Assembly (NCBI GenBank): GCA_965202585.1
Contig: OZ241827.1
Location: 45,756,001-45,820,000, forward strand
Source: Thalia democratica
Taxonomy: Eukaryota
DNA: 64,000 bases
Direction: 5' to 3'
Below are positions 26,381 to 39,556 of this stretch, one piece after another; position 1 is the stretch's first letter; each line of letters starts with the position of its first letter. The notes below the pieces were generated by a model, which worked only from the letters and a program-made list of their open reading frames with translations, did no database searches and was not told where the DNA came from. The translations under genes and the position numbers were made by a program.

Positions 26381-29363
26381 TAATAAAGATATTCAATTTG
26401 ATTCTTTATTTCAAATTTTAACAAATGCAAACTACTAAGTCTTTAAATACTGTGGTTAAAACTATATAAGTATTATTAATTAAAAGATCATTAAGTTTGC
26501 TTTTAAGGATATTAAGAATTGTATATTAAATAGGATTTATTTAAACAATTTTTTTTCATGAAAAAGCATTAATACAGAACGAAACTTTTAAAAATTATGA
26601 AATGTCTTAAGTTTATTTAAAGCAATTAAAAAATAGTTATAAACTTAAAATGAGTTTTTCATACTGAACTTTACAATAAATAAACTAGTATTAAAAAGTA
26701 TTTTATGTAGGAGATTTTTTATTTTAAAGACGTCCAGATACAATTCTAAGCTGTGTGTGAAATTTAAAGTTTACAATCAACATCTTGTTACCTAAATTTT
26801 ACTTTTAAGTTTAATGGGATTCAGTAAACTTTTTATTTATTTTTTAATCTGGTTTAATCCAAAACTTGTGTTTAATTTTATACTTTACTTACAGTTTCTT
26901 GTACCCTAATTTTTGTTCTAAAAACTTAATAGCTTCCAGTAAACTCTAAAGTGTTAAAAATATTTTAGTTTTCAATTCGTGTAGTACGGTCCAACACTAT
27001 GTTTGAAGCTTCATAAATGACAATTTACGTCTTTTTCCCTAACTTTTATTAAAAACAATTTATTGGGTTCAGTAAATCTCTAAAACTTAAAGTCTTTTCA
27101 TAACTCCTCAAAACATAAATGCGTCAAAAAAAACAAGTAATTTCTATTTACTGTCTTTTTATAAAATCTTGAGAAATAGTTAACATTTTTATTGGACAAA
27201 AAAAAATCTAAGATTTTTTTTTAACTGGAAAAAACTATTAGACCTATATGTTTCAACTCAAAAAATTTCCATTGTGTTTTGCTCGTGTACACTTAAGTAC
27301 AATAAATGAGTTAAAGAAAACATTTAAAAACTATCTCTTAGCTGTACTTAACGAAGAACAGAAGTATACTTTAGCTAATAAAATAGAGTCTTTCTAAGAT
27401 AAAAATTGATATAAAACCATTTTTATTTCGCAAAAAAAAGTACACTGCTGCAGGTTTGCATAAATGTAACAAGCATGCAATACAATCGCTTTTAAAAAGT
27501 TTGAATCACTCAGGTACTAACTGTATATTATAAAACGGAGCTTAGGTAAAACATAGATGCATTAGAATTTAAAGTTAGAAGGTCAAGTTTTAAAAACGAG
27601 TTTTTCAAAAATAACTGCACCATATTGCTTTTTGTGACTTTAGCGACTGATTTTTTCAATTAAAAACTGTTCTTTTTATCATGTTATAAAACTTTTATTC
27701 TACAAATACTAGATACTAATAAAGAGTTATCACAAAAATTTAGTTTAAGTTTCCCTTCAAGCAAAAATGCCCAACAACATGCTTTTTAGCTTTAACAACT
27801 AATTTTAGTTTATAAGGCTTTTTGATTTAAATATTAATAAAAAGATAAGTCATAACTTTTTCCTTATTATGCACATTTGCACAATATACCTTTCTCTTTA
27901 CTAGTTGTAGTATACAACTACTTATGATAGTTTGGTTTGTAAAATCTAATAAATTTATTAGAATATTAAATTAATTCGTTTAGGTTATTATAATTTATAT
28001 TCGTCATAGAATATCAAAAACAAGTAAGTTTGGAGGACCATTCAAACAAATTGAAGTATGTTTTGCATGTTATAGAAATAATTAAAAAATTTAGTTAACT
28101 AGCTTAAAAAGAAATAAAAATTCACCTTATAGTTTAATGAAAGGAATGCCCTTTTTGTTTTATTATAAAATGCACAAAGATAAAACCAATAGTTTTAACA
28201 ATCAAAACATCAATTGTTTATCTTTAAAAACAGTATTATGTTCAGATTAATGCTGGCTAAATGACAGAGTTATATTTTTCAGAATAAAGTAGATGGGTAA
28301 AAAGGAAAAAACCCTGAACCTAACCTGATAAATTACTTTTGTTAACAAAAAACGTATAAAACATAAAATTTTAGTTTAAAAAACTAGTAACAATAACTAA
28401 CTAGTAGTTTAAATAACAAAACTAAAAAATCAAAGATTAATTAAATTTTCCAAAATAATATGAGTGTCAAGCCTGTAAAGGTTTTGTCTTAATAATTCAT
28501 GTTGTATTTCTTGTACAATGAAACATTTATTAACCGAAATGTGTTTGTACACCAAGTCCTTTGACAACTTTTTGAGTGTATTTTTTGTCGTTCAATAAAT
28601 AATAATACCAAATACTTTTGTATACAAAAAAAAAGTGGTAAATATCTATGAATTTACAACAACTAGTTACTGTTTATATTCTTAGATTAAGTTTTACAAC
28701 AAATGTCATGCCAATCTTTTAAATATATTCGTATCATCTATTAAGTTTTCCTAAAAAGTTTTAACATGCTACATCCTGATTCATCATACTTATAAAATAG
28801 TAACCAACCAATCATAATGTATGAAACTTAAAAATCAGTCAGTTTACGAAATACTAATTATCAGTCAATAAGAAATTATAGTACAAATGTTATAAATTAA
28901 GTTATAATATTAATGAATGACAATTTATGACAAAACCAAAACAGTAAAAACTCTGTTACGTATTATACTATCAAATGTTTCTTTTTTTTGGATATTTGTA
29001 CTGTTATGCTTGATAAGCTTATCAGAATAAGTTCTTTGTTTCAGAAAATAATTTATTCTCTGTTTCGATCAACGAAAAACTCGTCTGGTTTAAACAAATT
29101 TCTAACTACAAAACTATATGTCAAGCTACATAAACTACTCTGCCAAAGAAACTTATATAAGTTAAACCTAAATTTATTAAAATAACGAATACAATTTATT
29201 TTGAAAAGTTATAACAACCAAGTAAGGAGTAATTATAAATCAAGCATTTCAAAAGTTTTACATTAAAGCTCATGAAAAACATTCACTATTTCAAACTTTA
29301 ACATAATTAAAACCATTTCGAATAAATACATATAGGTATTTTAAACCAAAATCCTAAAACCCA

Positions 29364-32300
29364 TCAGTTTCTTTTCTTTTGCTTCATGGACGCGAGCGCG
29401 CGTCTCCTGTACTCTCCCTCCGAAAACTCCGACGATTCGTCCTCCTCCGAAGATCCCTCCGAACTTTCGGAGCTCTCTTCCTTGCGCCGCTTCTTCTTGG
29501 AATGACGCTTCTCGACTTTCTTTGACTTCTTCACCTTCCTCACCGGCGACTCATGTTCCGATGATTCCTCCGACGAACTTTCTTCTTCTTCTGTCGTTTC
29601 GTGCCGTCTCTTCTTCTTTTTCAAATCCCGAGACTTGCGCTTTTTCTTTTCGTCTTCTTCGTTGACTCGAGTCTTTTTAGCAGACTTTTCTTCCTTGTGT
29701 TTTTTAGAGCTCACCTGTTTTTTATTGCAGTTTAGATAATAATAATAAAGGCTTAATGCAATGAAAATTCTTACCTTGGATTTCTCTAGTTTTTTTGACG
29801 ATTTTTTCTTCGTCTGAGCCTATTATAGAGTAACAATTTTATAAATTGTTTTTAAGCTTATATTAAATCATAATAGCTAGGATTTAAAAGAAAAGAATGG
29901 AAAAGTACATATATTATATAGTTTATAAAAATTTAATTGTAGACAATAACTAAAAATAGTGTAATCATTAATAAAATTATAACAATAAGAACAGGGTTGC
30001 CAAAAACATTTGGCAAATTTCTCCAGGTTTTCAAAATTTCCTCCAGGTTTTTAAAAGTACACATTTTTTGGTTTATTTTTATTTTCAAGTCAAGTTTAAG
30101 GTAACATACTGTGTTAAATAGTATAAAAAAATTTAAAAGATACTGTACAGCAACTTAAATGTGTTTTTAACAAAAATAAAACATTTTGATGATGACTAAT
30201 TTTTTATATCTATATGATAGATTTTTTGTGTCAAATCGAAATTTTACTACTGAACATGTAAAAATTGTTAAAAACTCCAGGTTTTTTTAGTGATTTTGTT
30301 CAAAATTCCAGGTTTTTTTTGGCAACTCTGTAAGAAACAAAAAGTACAATTATGTAAAACTTAAAATTAGTACCACCAAATAGATGCATCAAAATTTCGA
30401 CTATTAAAAATATTGTTACTTGTCTTTGAATGAAACTAACATTTTTGACATGAACTTTTTCATCTTCCGAGCTGTCTTCACTTGATTCTTCAACTTTTTT
30501 ATCCAAACGATGTCTACAAATTGATTATGATATAAATATTTATACTACACATAGATTATAACCTACACACCTACATAAAAACTTATAAATTTAAGGTTTT
30601 TCTGAACTTTGTATGCATTATAACTGAATACTTAACCAGAATTGAAGAAACTTAAACCTAAATCTGTTTTTTGTTTTGTTTATCATAAATATAAGCTTCA
30701 AAAACTAAATTTATTTACAACAGAAACATTCTAAAAAATTGTGCCTACTTAAGACAAGCAGCATCAATAAATTTACAAAATAGTATAACTACATATCTTA
30801 GGCTTAGTGTTATAGAAGTTTTTTTAATTGTTGTTGTGTTTAATTTAACTAACTTTTTGCTTTTTTGCGACTGAGAAAGTTTTTTGATGCTCCTCCTTTT
30901 TCGGTCCTTCGTCTTTTTCTCCTCAACTGCGCTCGACTCCGAAGACTCGGATGATGACGACGATGACGTCGCGGAGTCGTCACTCGATGATGACGATTCG
31001 TCGGAGCTGTCCTCGGAGGATGACGTGGAAGGTCTTCTCCTCTTGCGAGCTTTTCTCCTTGCCTCCGCAGCTCGCTTCATCTCACTAAAATGCCAACAGG
31101 CAACTTAAGTTTTTAACAAAAATAAAAGAAAGTAACAAAATTTTTTTATTTATTTTGTAATTAGTTTATAAAAAATTTTCTTCTTACTGTAGAATTAAAT
31201 ATGATATATATAAATTTTTGTTCTTAATAATTATTTACCGCAATCTTCGTTCTTCTTCCTCTTCCCTCCGTCTCCTTCTGATTCTTCTCTCTTCCTCGCG
31301 CCTCCTAATTTCTTCCTCCTCTCTCCTCCTTCGACGCTCTTCTTCGCGCCTCCTCAAGCGACGCTCCTCTTCTGAATCGTAAGATGGTTCGCGGCGTCTG
31401 TTACGTCACGATGATAAAATATAACTGAAGTTTAAAAAAAACCTTAAATTCTATGTAGTTTATTTATATAATTTTCAGTTCAAACAACAAACAATCAAGG
31501 CTGAAATCAGGGTTAATAAATGTTTTCCAAAAAGTTTTCAAAAGTACAAGTTTTTCGGTTTATTTTTAGTTTAAAGTAGTACCCACATACTGAACCCACA
31601 ATTTCGGGTCCGGCCGGACCTGGATCTGGACTTTTTTTTCATATCAAGATCCGGCCGTATCCGGACCCGGATAGTGAGTCATATTATGTCAATTATGTTA
31701 TATTATATATATATCATAAAAATTGGTCCAGCACTAAAAAAAAAGTAAAATCTAGAGAAATCTAGGGAAATTCATGATTTTTTCAATTTTGTTTAGGCAA
31801 ATTTAGGGTTTTTATTTTTTGGATAATTGCAAAAATCTACGGATATCTAGAGAAATCTAGGGATATGGGAACCCTGTAAAGGTTTTTAAAAACTGAAAAA
31901 AGTGCTTTAATCTAATAGTCAGTAGAACAGCTAGCCATAAGGTTGACAATTTGGTAGTAAAGTTTTTAATTTTACAACATAGGTAAAGAGTTGAATTTCT
32001 GAAATGTTTATTTCATAGTTTAAATGTAAACAAATGTAAATTGGTCTCGTGTACAAAATGAGCCAATCACGATAAGTGTTTAATTTCAACTGACGAAAAT
32101 GACTCTTTTTAAATTACACAGGGTTTGTTTTTGAAAAAATACTTTTCTGTATGCTCTTTTTTACTAACTAGATCCGAATCAGCCGGACCTCTGTTAGGAT
32201 CCGGCCGGAACCGAACCTTTTTTTAAAATCAAGATCCGGCCGGATCTGGATATCAGACAAAGATGGCAATATCCGGCCTGATCCGGACCCGGATAGTGAG

Positions 32301-35300
32301 TCCGGTACATCACTAGTTTAAAGTTAAGTTTAAGATAAGAAACTGTTTTAAATAGTATAAAAACATTGAAAAGATACTGTGAAGCAACTATAAATGTGCT
32401 TTTTAATAAGAAATTTTACGATGATGACTAAATATTTTTATCTATGTGATAGATTTTTTCTGTCAAATCAAAGTTTTACTACTTAACATGTAAAAGTTCC
32501 AGATTTTTTTTTCAAAATTTCTCAAATTCCAGGTTTTTCCAGGTGTATTGGCACAACCAGGGGCGTCGCCTGGGGTGTTGCACTGCCGCAATTGCACCAC
32601 CTTAAAATTGTGTAAGAAAAAATTAAGTATCTATAACGTTTTCGTTATTTTTTAAAACAAAATCTCTTATAAAACTCCAATTTAGAAAACGACCATTTTG
32701 CTCACTTCACTGCCACAAACTCTTAGCTGACTGCCGCAAATGAACTCAAAACAGTAACATATCATCAAGAATTACCGCAAAATCTATATCTTGCGGTAAG
32801 TAAGCTAAGTTGAAAATTCCCTTAAACAGTACAGGTTTATGTATCATTCCACAAGTTATTGTAAACAAAAAATGAACACAAAGCTAAGTAGAGCACAGGC
32901 GATTCAAGCAAAGGGAAGTCCAGAAGCAAAAACAACTCGAGAAGAGGCAACTCGAGAAGAGGCAAATCGAGAAGAAGCAACTCGAGAAGAAGCAACTCGA
33001 GAAGAAGCAACTCGAGAAAAAGCAACTCGAGAAGAGGCAACTCGAGAAGAGGCAACTCGAGAAAAAGCAACTCGAGAAGAAGCAACTCGAGAAAAAGCAA
33101 CTCGAGAAGAGGCAACTCGAGAAGAGGCAACTCGAGAAAAAGCAACTCGAGAAAAGGCAACTCGAGAAAAAACAACTCGAGAAGAGGCAACTCGAGAAGA
33201 AGCAACTCGAGAAGAAACAACTCGAGAAGAAACAACTCGAGAAAAGGTAACTCGAGAAAAAGCAACTCGAGAAGAAGCAACTCGAGAAGAGGCAACTCGA
33301 GAAAAAGCAACTCGAGAAAAAGCAACTCGAGAAAAAGCAACTCGAGAAAAAGCAACTCGAGAAAAAGCAACTCGAGAAGAAGTAACTCGAGAAAAAGCAA
33401 CTCGATAAGAAGCAACTCGAGAAACAGCAACTCGAGAAAAGGCAACTCGAGAAAAAGCAAGTCGAGAAGAAGCAACTCGAGAAGAAGCAACTCGAGAAAA
33501 AGCAACTCGAGAAGAGGCAACTCGAGAAGAAGCAACTCGAGAAGAAGCAACTCGGGAAGAGGCAACTCGAGAAAAAGCAATTCGAGAAGAAGCAATTCGA
33601 GAAGAAGCAACTCGAGCAGAAGCAACTCGAGCAGAAGCAACTCGACCAGAAGCAACTCGAGAAGAAGCAACTCGAGCAGAGGCAACTCGAGCAGAAGCAA
33701 CTCGAGCAGAAGCAACTCGAGAAGAGGCAACTCTAGTAGAGGCAACTCGAGCAGGGACAACTCAATAGGGGCACATCGATCACCTTTAACTCGGATTTTT
33801 TTTTCTGCACCACCTAAGAAAAATACCACGCGACGCCACTGGGCACAACCATAAAAAATTGATATTTTTTAATTAAAAAAAAATTAAGTTTAATTAATTT
33901 TATTATGATAAATGACTAAAATGTGCAACCTGTGACTAGACTTGCGCGATTTTTTCTTTTTCTTATCTTCTTCATCATCATCTTCTGACGACACTGAATC
34001 TCTTCGTTTCTTCGAAGATTTTTTGTGACGATCGGCGCGAGGCGACAAAGATCTCCTTTTTTTCTTCTTTTCGTCCTCCGAGTCGCGTTTGCCGCTCTTC
34101 TTTTTAACATTGAGTCCGTACTTTTTATCCTGCTTTGGAGGCTCAGAATCATCGCTTTGTTGTGGTTCGGTTGAATTTTCTACAAAAATAATAATCTTAC
34201 TATTTTTTCTAATTTTTTACTTAAACTTGTTTTCCAAATGTTTAGCACGTAACAAATACAATCTTAATTTATCATTTAGTTTTTCTCAAATTGCAGGTCT
34301 TCAAAGTTCCTTTGAAGCGGATAAACATCTGAGTCACCAAAAATTGTCCGGAAACATTTTATAGCTTCAGACTGAGTGTATTTAGTTAAAGCTCGTATTT
34401 TAATAAATTAGGTGTCATCAAATTATAATGGTTTCATAAATTGAAAAATATAAACACAATTAAAAAACTTTAAGTAAAAACTTTCAAACATACCTTTCTT
34501 AGCGACCTTGACATCAAGATATTTCGGCGAGGACTTCTCTTCCTCATTGTCGTGTCGTTGACTCGGGGGAGACGATGACTTTTCTCGGGTTTTTTCTTGC
34601 TCCCGCGACAAGCTGCGATGACGCTTCTCACGTGACCTGCTTCTCCGGCTCGACTTGTGCTTTCTCGACGATCGATCACGTGACCTGGACCTTCTGCTTC
34701 GTCGGTCACGTGACCGCGATCTCGACCTGCTTCTCGTTTTCCGGCTTCGCTTGCCGCGAGACCTGAAATTTTATTATGATGAATATATATTTATTACTAA
34801 TTAATATTTTAATATTTAATAATTGTAATAATATTTAACAAACTTATAAGTGCTTTAGGTAAAAAATAAACCAACCGTGATCTTGAACGTTCTTTCTTGA
34901 GTTTTTTCATCTCTTCCAATTTAGCATCTTCAATCTAAAAATGAATTTTGTAGTTATATTAATTTACAAAATTACAAGTATACAAGCTTACAATATCGGT
35001 ATGTTAAGTATAAAATATATTAAACACTCTGTACTTAATCAAACATTGTGTAAGTCAAATTAATGTAAGATAAAAATGGTGTCTTAAAGTATTGTAAATG
35101 TTTACAGGGAACTTTTTTCAAGCTCACTTCGAAGAAATGCAGTGGAAATTTGTCAAACATTTACAGCTTTTAAAAACGATTACAAAAGTTTACTCACTAA
35201 AAAAAACATATCTTGAAAACTAAATATATATAGTAACTCACATGTTAGGAATATTTATTTTATTATATTTATATTATACTTATTTTGAAATATACTTTAT

Positions 35301-38300
35301 TGATGTAATATTTTTTGAAATAGTATGTATATATTCACTATTAAAAATTTCAAGTTAATCGTTTGCTAATAAAAATCCTAGCGAAGCAAGTTCATTAACA
35401 TACATAATAATAACAAATTTAAACAGTACTCTTTCTTTATTTAACTAAGACATGTTTCTGTGTGTTAGCAAGTTAATACACTGTAACGGAACTCTGTAAA
35501 AAATTAAAAACAGTAAGGAAAGAATAGAAGCCAAAGTAGGTGTGTATATTTGGTTATTAAAAATAATAATAAATACTAAATATTAATGGTTAATAATAGA
35601 TACAATATAAATGTTAAATCCGACTGTTATAAAACTATATAATATTTGATAAGAATAAATACTATAGATTATTTACATATTTTTTTTTTTTTTCTTTTTT
35701 TAATTAACAACATAGAAAGCAAATAACTTAAAAAAAATATATATATACTCAAGCACATAAAATTATTACCACTGTATTTTTTTAAACTTTATGTTTAACA
35801 GTTTTTTTTAAACATTGTTCAAATTACTTTTTAAAACTCTTTCTTTTAAGAATATTTTAATTAACTTGACTATATACAAAAAACTGATGAAAAAAACAAC
35901 ACTTCTAGCTATCATAAATGTAAAAAATGATATTAAGAGAAAATATTTTCCTAATACAAAATCTTGAAATTTTTATATAAAATTAAAAAATTAAGCGAAC
36001 AAGTACCATTCATGTCTTAACTACGTATCAATTAACTTGGTATTTACAACTTGATATTACTTTTTAGTTTGTATTGCACAAAAGCGAATCATTAGATTTC
36101 AATAAAAGCCAAAGTAGTTTTGATGGATCAAAAATAAAGAGCTTTATATGTGCCTATGGAAGATTAAATTTATGAGACTAATAAATAATTTTTGTTTACT
36201 TCAATATAAATATTGAGATTGAAACATTTTAAAGAAGTATAAATTCTTTACGTGGAAGAATTAAGCTAAATAATAAATTTTAATTGGAACAAAAGCATTA
36301 AATAAAAATAAGTATTCTCATTTTCATTCAACAGACTAGATAAAACAAAAGTAAATAAACTTACTTTACGTTGTCTGATTGCCTCCTTTTTCGCCTCCAT
36401 CATTTCAGCAGGGATTCCACAACCGGAATCCTGAGCTGACTTCAGCAGCGCCCACAACTCGCCCATGAAAATACGCGCTCCTTTGCCGTTAAAAAATCCA
36501 GTCACGTTTATTTGCAGCTCCTTTGGGTCCGGAAACTAATGATAAAATAAAATTTTAAATAAATTTATTATAAACAATAGTATCGTTATTTTTCTTTATC
36601 TTTTATGCAATTTTATGTAGATAAATAACCAAACTGTTCTTGTTATAAAATCAACTTTAAGTTGCTTTTGTATAAAGAATATTTTGATAATTTATTTAGA
36701 TGAAAGTTTTACATAGTAACAAAACCACTTGAATGTATCCTAGACCCATTATAGAAATAAATATTGTAAATAAAAACTTTTTTAGTTTCATTAACACAGA
36801 TTTTTTATTTCGTTACTAAAATGTATATAATTCTATCATAGTTATAAACTGTAAAACAGTAAAAAACTTTTTTCAAAAACTTACTTGTTTTTCAGAGAGA
36901 GAGTTGTAAATAAATTCTATGACAACATCATCTTCAAAAGTCAATATTTCAGTTACTCGCTTTTCAATCCAAGGCTTCAGTACATCTAAATCCACTTTTT
37001 TCATATCTATCTGTTCATTTATTACACATTTGAAAAAAATTTCCCACAATGAGATTATTAACCGTTTTTGAACCATACAACTGCAAAAAAATAAAACCTC
37101 GTTTACTAGCATTTTCAGACAAAGTTTAAATGAAGTTGAAAAAATAGTCGAACCTGTTACTAAAAAAGTAGATATCTAATAACTATTAGAAAAACTATAA
37201 ACTGCATTGAACAAAAATACAGGATTTTCAGATATGTTTTTTGACCTCTATTTTATGCAAGTTATTTTTACGATAAGATGCATAGTTTCTTGACATTTAA
37301 AAAAACATTTTGTAATACAATTACATATCATAAACTAAAAAATTTAAATATAAAGAGCAATACTGTTTTCATAGCCAAAATAAGATAGCGTTTTAGTTAC
37401 TGAAATTGTTACAAAATATACAAAAATAATTATTAAACAAGTAATGTTCATTTAATAAAATCCCTATTGATAAAAATATATAACTGTTATTTTAAAACAA
37501 ACTTTAAAGCTTCAGAGGGTTAAAATTATTAAAAGATAATAATAATATTAAAAGTGATAAGAATTATTTTAATCAAACCAACTGACGAATTTGAGTAACC
37601 AATAAAAATTTATAAAATTCTTAAAAATATCATACTAAGTTTTATTATAGGTTTGATTGTTAGAAAACAATTAAAGATCTGTACTTTGTAAACCCAGAAC
37701 AAATTTTTTCTAGAAAATTTATTTAGCAAACTAAGTTTAGCTTTAAGAGTTTGTCAGTGAACTAAATAAATAATTCTGAAAAATAGAAATATATAAAAGT
37801 CATAAAAATAAATTGTTTAATATGCATAGTTGGGATAAAACATGTTTATTTTTTGACTTTTTTACAACATTACTCAGTTTTAGAAATGTAATTAAAAACA
37901 ACTTAAAAAATAATTAAAAAGTATTTTTCAAATTATAGTAAAATTTATACAAAATGACAAAACTTAAATATAATAAGCTCTACAATAACTTTGTAACAAC
38001 AAGTTTTGTAAAATAAAAAATAAACTTATACCTTTAATATAAACATATCATGTTTTCATCATTAATTTTAAATTCAGCATATAAAACAAATGTTGGAACT
38101 TTTACAATAAAGTAGAACTAGCCACTAGGTGAAAAATAAATTTGATGAGTTTCTTAATATAGAATCATAGTTACTTTTGTCAGCCTGATTTTTTCAAAAA
38201 CGCTCTAAAATATTAAAACTAGCCTGAGTTGGCCTAATATATCTTGAGGTGTGGCAACCCTAAAATAAACTGTTTGAGAAATTCGAAAATGTTTAGCTAA

Positions 38301-39320
38301 ATAGTTAAAAAATTAAAGAAGATGATATAGTTTTAGAATTTCTTTAATTATGAGAAAATTGACTACAAAAATTATTTTTTAATATTGATTTAGTTTTTAT
38401 AGAAACTGACTGTATCACAAAAATTAATTTAAAATTTCTTTTAAACTTTCTAAAAACTTTTTATTTTATATTTAAATATCTCATTCTTGAAGCATTCAAA
38501 TTGGTGTCAATAAATTTTCAAAATAAAATATTTGACCCACACCCTTCTGTCTTATTTAATATTTAATGGAAATTAAAATTATCAAAAGTAAGAAAACAAT
38601 TAAATTACTAACCTTTGCAGCTAAGTTTTCTGAAAATTTCATTGACTTCATCAATTTTTTATTCTTATTGGAGAACCTATTATCTTGTTCAGTAGTAGTA
38701 CCCTGTAAAAAATACAAACCTTTATATGTACTTCTAAACAACAAATCATATGCATTTATTAGTTGCAGGTAGTGATTTTTTGTTTCAGATTCAATTTAAG
38801 TTTTTTATTTTACTTTTCAACTTAAAAATAAAATACATAACTACTCAATTTTCAACTTAATATTTTATAATTAGGTGTTGGCATTGTGCTGGAAATTAAA
38901 AAAAATATTTTAAAAAAATTACCTACTATTAACTTATATATAAAAGAAAAAGTATAATTACTTATGAAAGAGATATAAAAATTCATATTTTTAAGCTAAT
39001 TATTAACAAGCAAATCAACTCGATATAAAGCAAAATCAAATAACTTTTTTCTATAAACATCTCAATATTTTAGCATATCCATTTGATGCTTAACACAATT
39101 ATACCATTGTTAAAACTTAGTATTTCTTAAAAACTATAAACATGTATGTTGAGTTTTAAAGGTTTTATACTGTAAGAATATTTTCTTTTATATAAATATT
39201 TATATATTATAAATATTATATATACGTATAAAAAATATTTAAGCTTTTAGAGTTTCAAAAACCTTAGTCAAAAACAAATTAAAATATTGATGTACTTACT
39301 CTGTAAAAACCAGAATCCAT
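29364..39320 (-). CDS. SRRM1: Serine/arginine repetitive matrix protein 1 (SRm160; PWI domain plus RS/charged tail), about 614 aa, 12 coding exons
   Basis: Exons 39300-39320, 38613-38702, 36885-37010, 36365-36535, 34876-34934, 34494-34762, 33930-34179, 31239-31397, 30854-31084, 30441(or 30420)-30513, 29775-29819, 29364-29714. GT-AG and in phase. N-terminus MDSGFYRGTTTEQDNRF, PWI core LKPWIEKRVTEILTFEDDVVIEF..PDPKELQINVTGF, followed by RS dipeptides. Confidence 0.92.
29992..30330 (+). mobile_element. CAGGGTTGCCA-TIR MITE, copy 4, in an SRRM1 intron
   Basis: CAGGGTTGCCAAA...TTTGGCAACTCTG with 6-bp direct repeat TAAGAA. Confidence 0.9.
31577..32315 (+). mobile_element. Non-autonomous hAT element (TAG-type terminus)
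   Basis: Perfect 8-bp TSD GTTTAAAG. Right end CCGGTACATCACTA, left end TAGT(ACC), multiple subterminal CCGG/ATCCGG repeats. Confidence 0.8.
32558..33841 (+). mobile_element. Non-autonomous hAT element carrying a minisatellite
   Basis: TIR CAGGGGCGTCGC / GCGACGCCACTG (one mismatch) and perfect 8-bp TSD GGCACAAC. Confidence 0.88.
32912..33765 (+). repeat. 15-bp minisatellite, about 55 units, consensus GCAACTCGAGAAGAA
   Basis: Directly visible tandem array. Variants are mostly GAA/GAG/AAA in one triplet and GCA/ACA/GTA in another. Confidence 0.97.
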
Positions 39321-39556
39321 TTTTTTATTCTATTTTTAAAATAGTCTGCAGAAATGAATAAAATTATAACATTTTATTTTATATTTTAATAATTATATTA
39401 AGATTTTATAACCAACGTATTTAACATGTTAAAAAACGAAATATCCTAAAACAATTATTAAGTATGTTTTATTGCTTGAATACAAGTAATATCAATATTT
39501 TTATGCTTCTAAATTGCCATAAAAAAAAAAAAGTTTTGAAGTAATAAAATCAAACA

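Larger units (their letters stand above)
31508..33851 (+). mobile_element. CAGGGTTGCCA-family MITE split by two nested hAT insertions
   Basis: Family sequence at 31508-31576 resumes at 32316-32557. The right TIR is broken at GGCACAAC by the 32558-33841 element. Confidence 0.75.

Noticed and set aside
32912-33765. Possible CRISPR-like array, and resemblance of the unit GCAACTCGA to the LINE-tail CAACTCGAT
   Set aside because: There are no unique spacers, so it is a pure tandem repeat in a eukaryote. The shared 8-mer is too short to imply common origin.
30745-34766. Plus-strand and alternate-frame ORFs over SRRM1 exons
   Set aside because: Antisense or off-frame readings of low-complexity SRRM1 coding exons.
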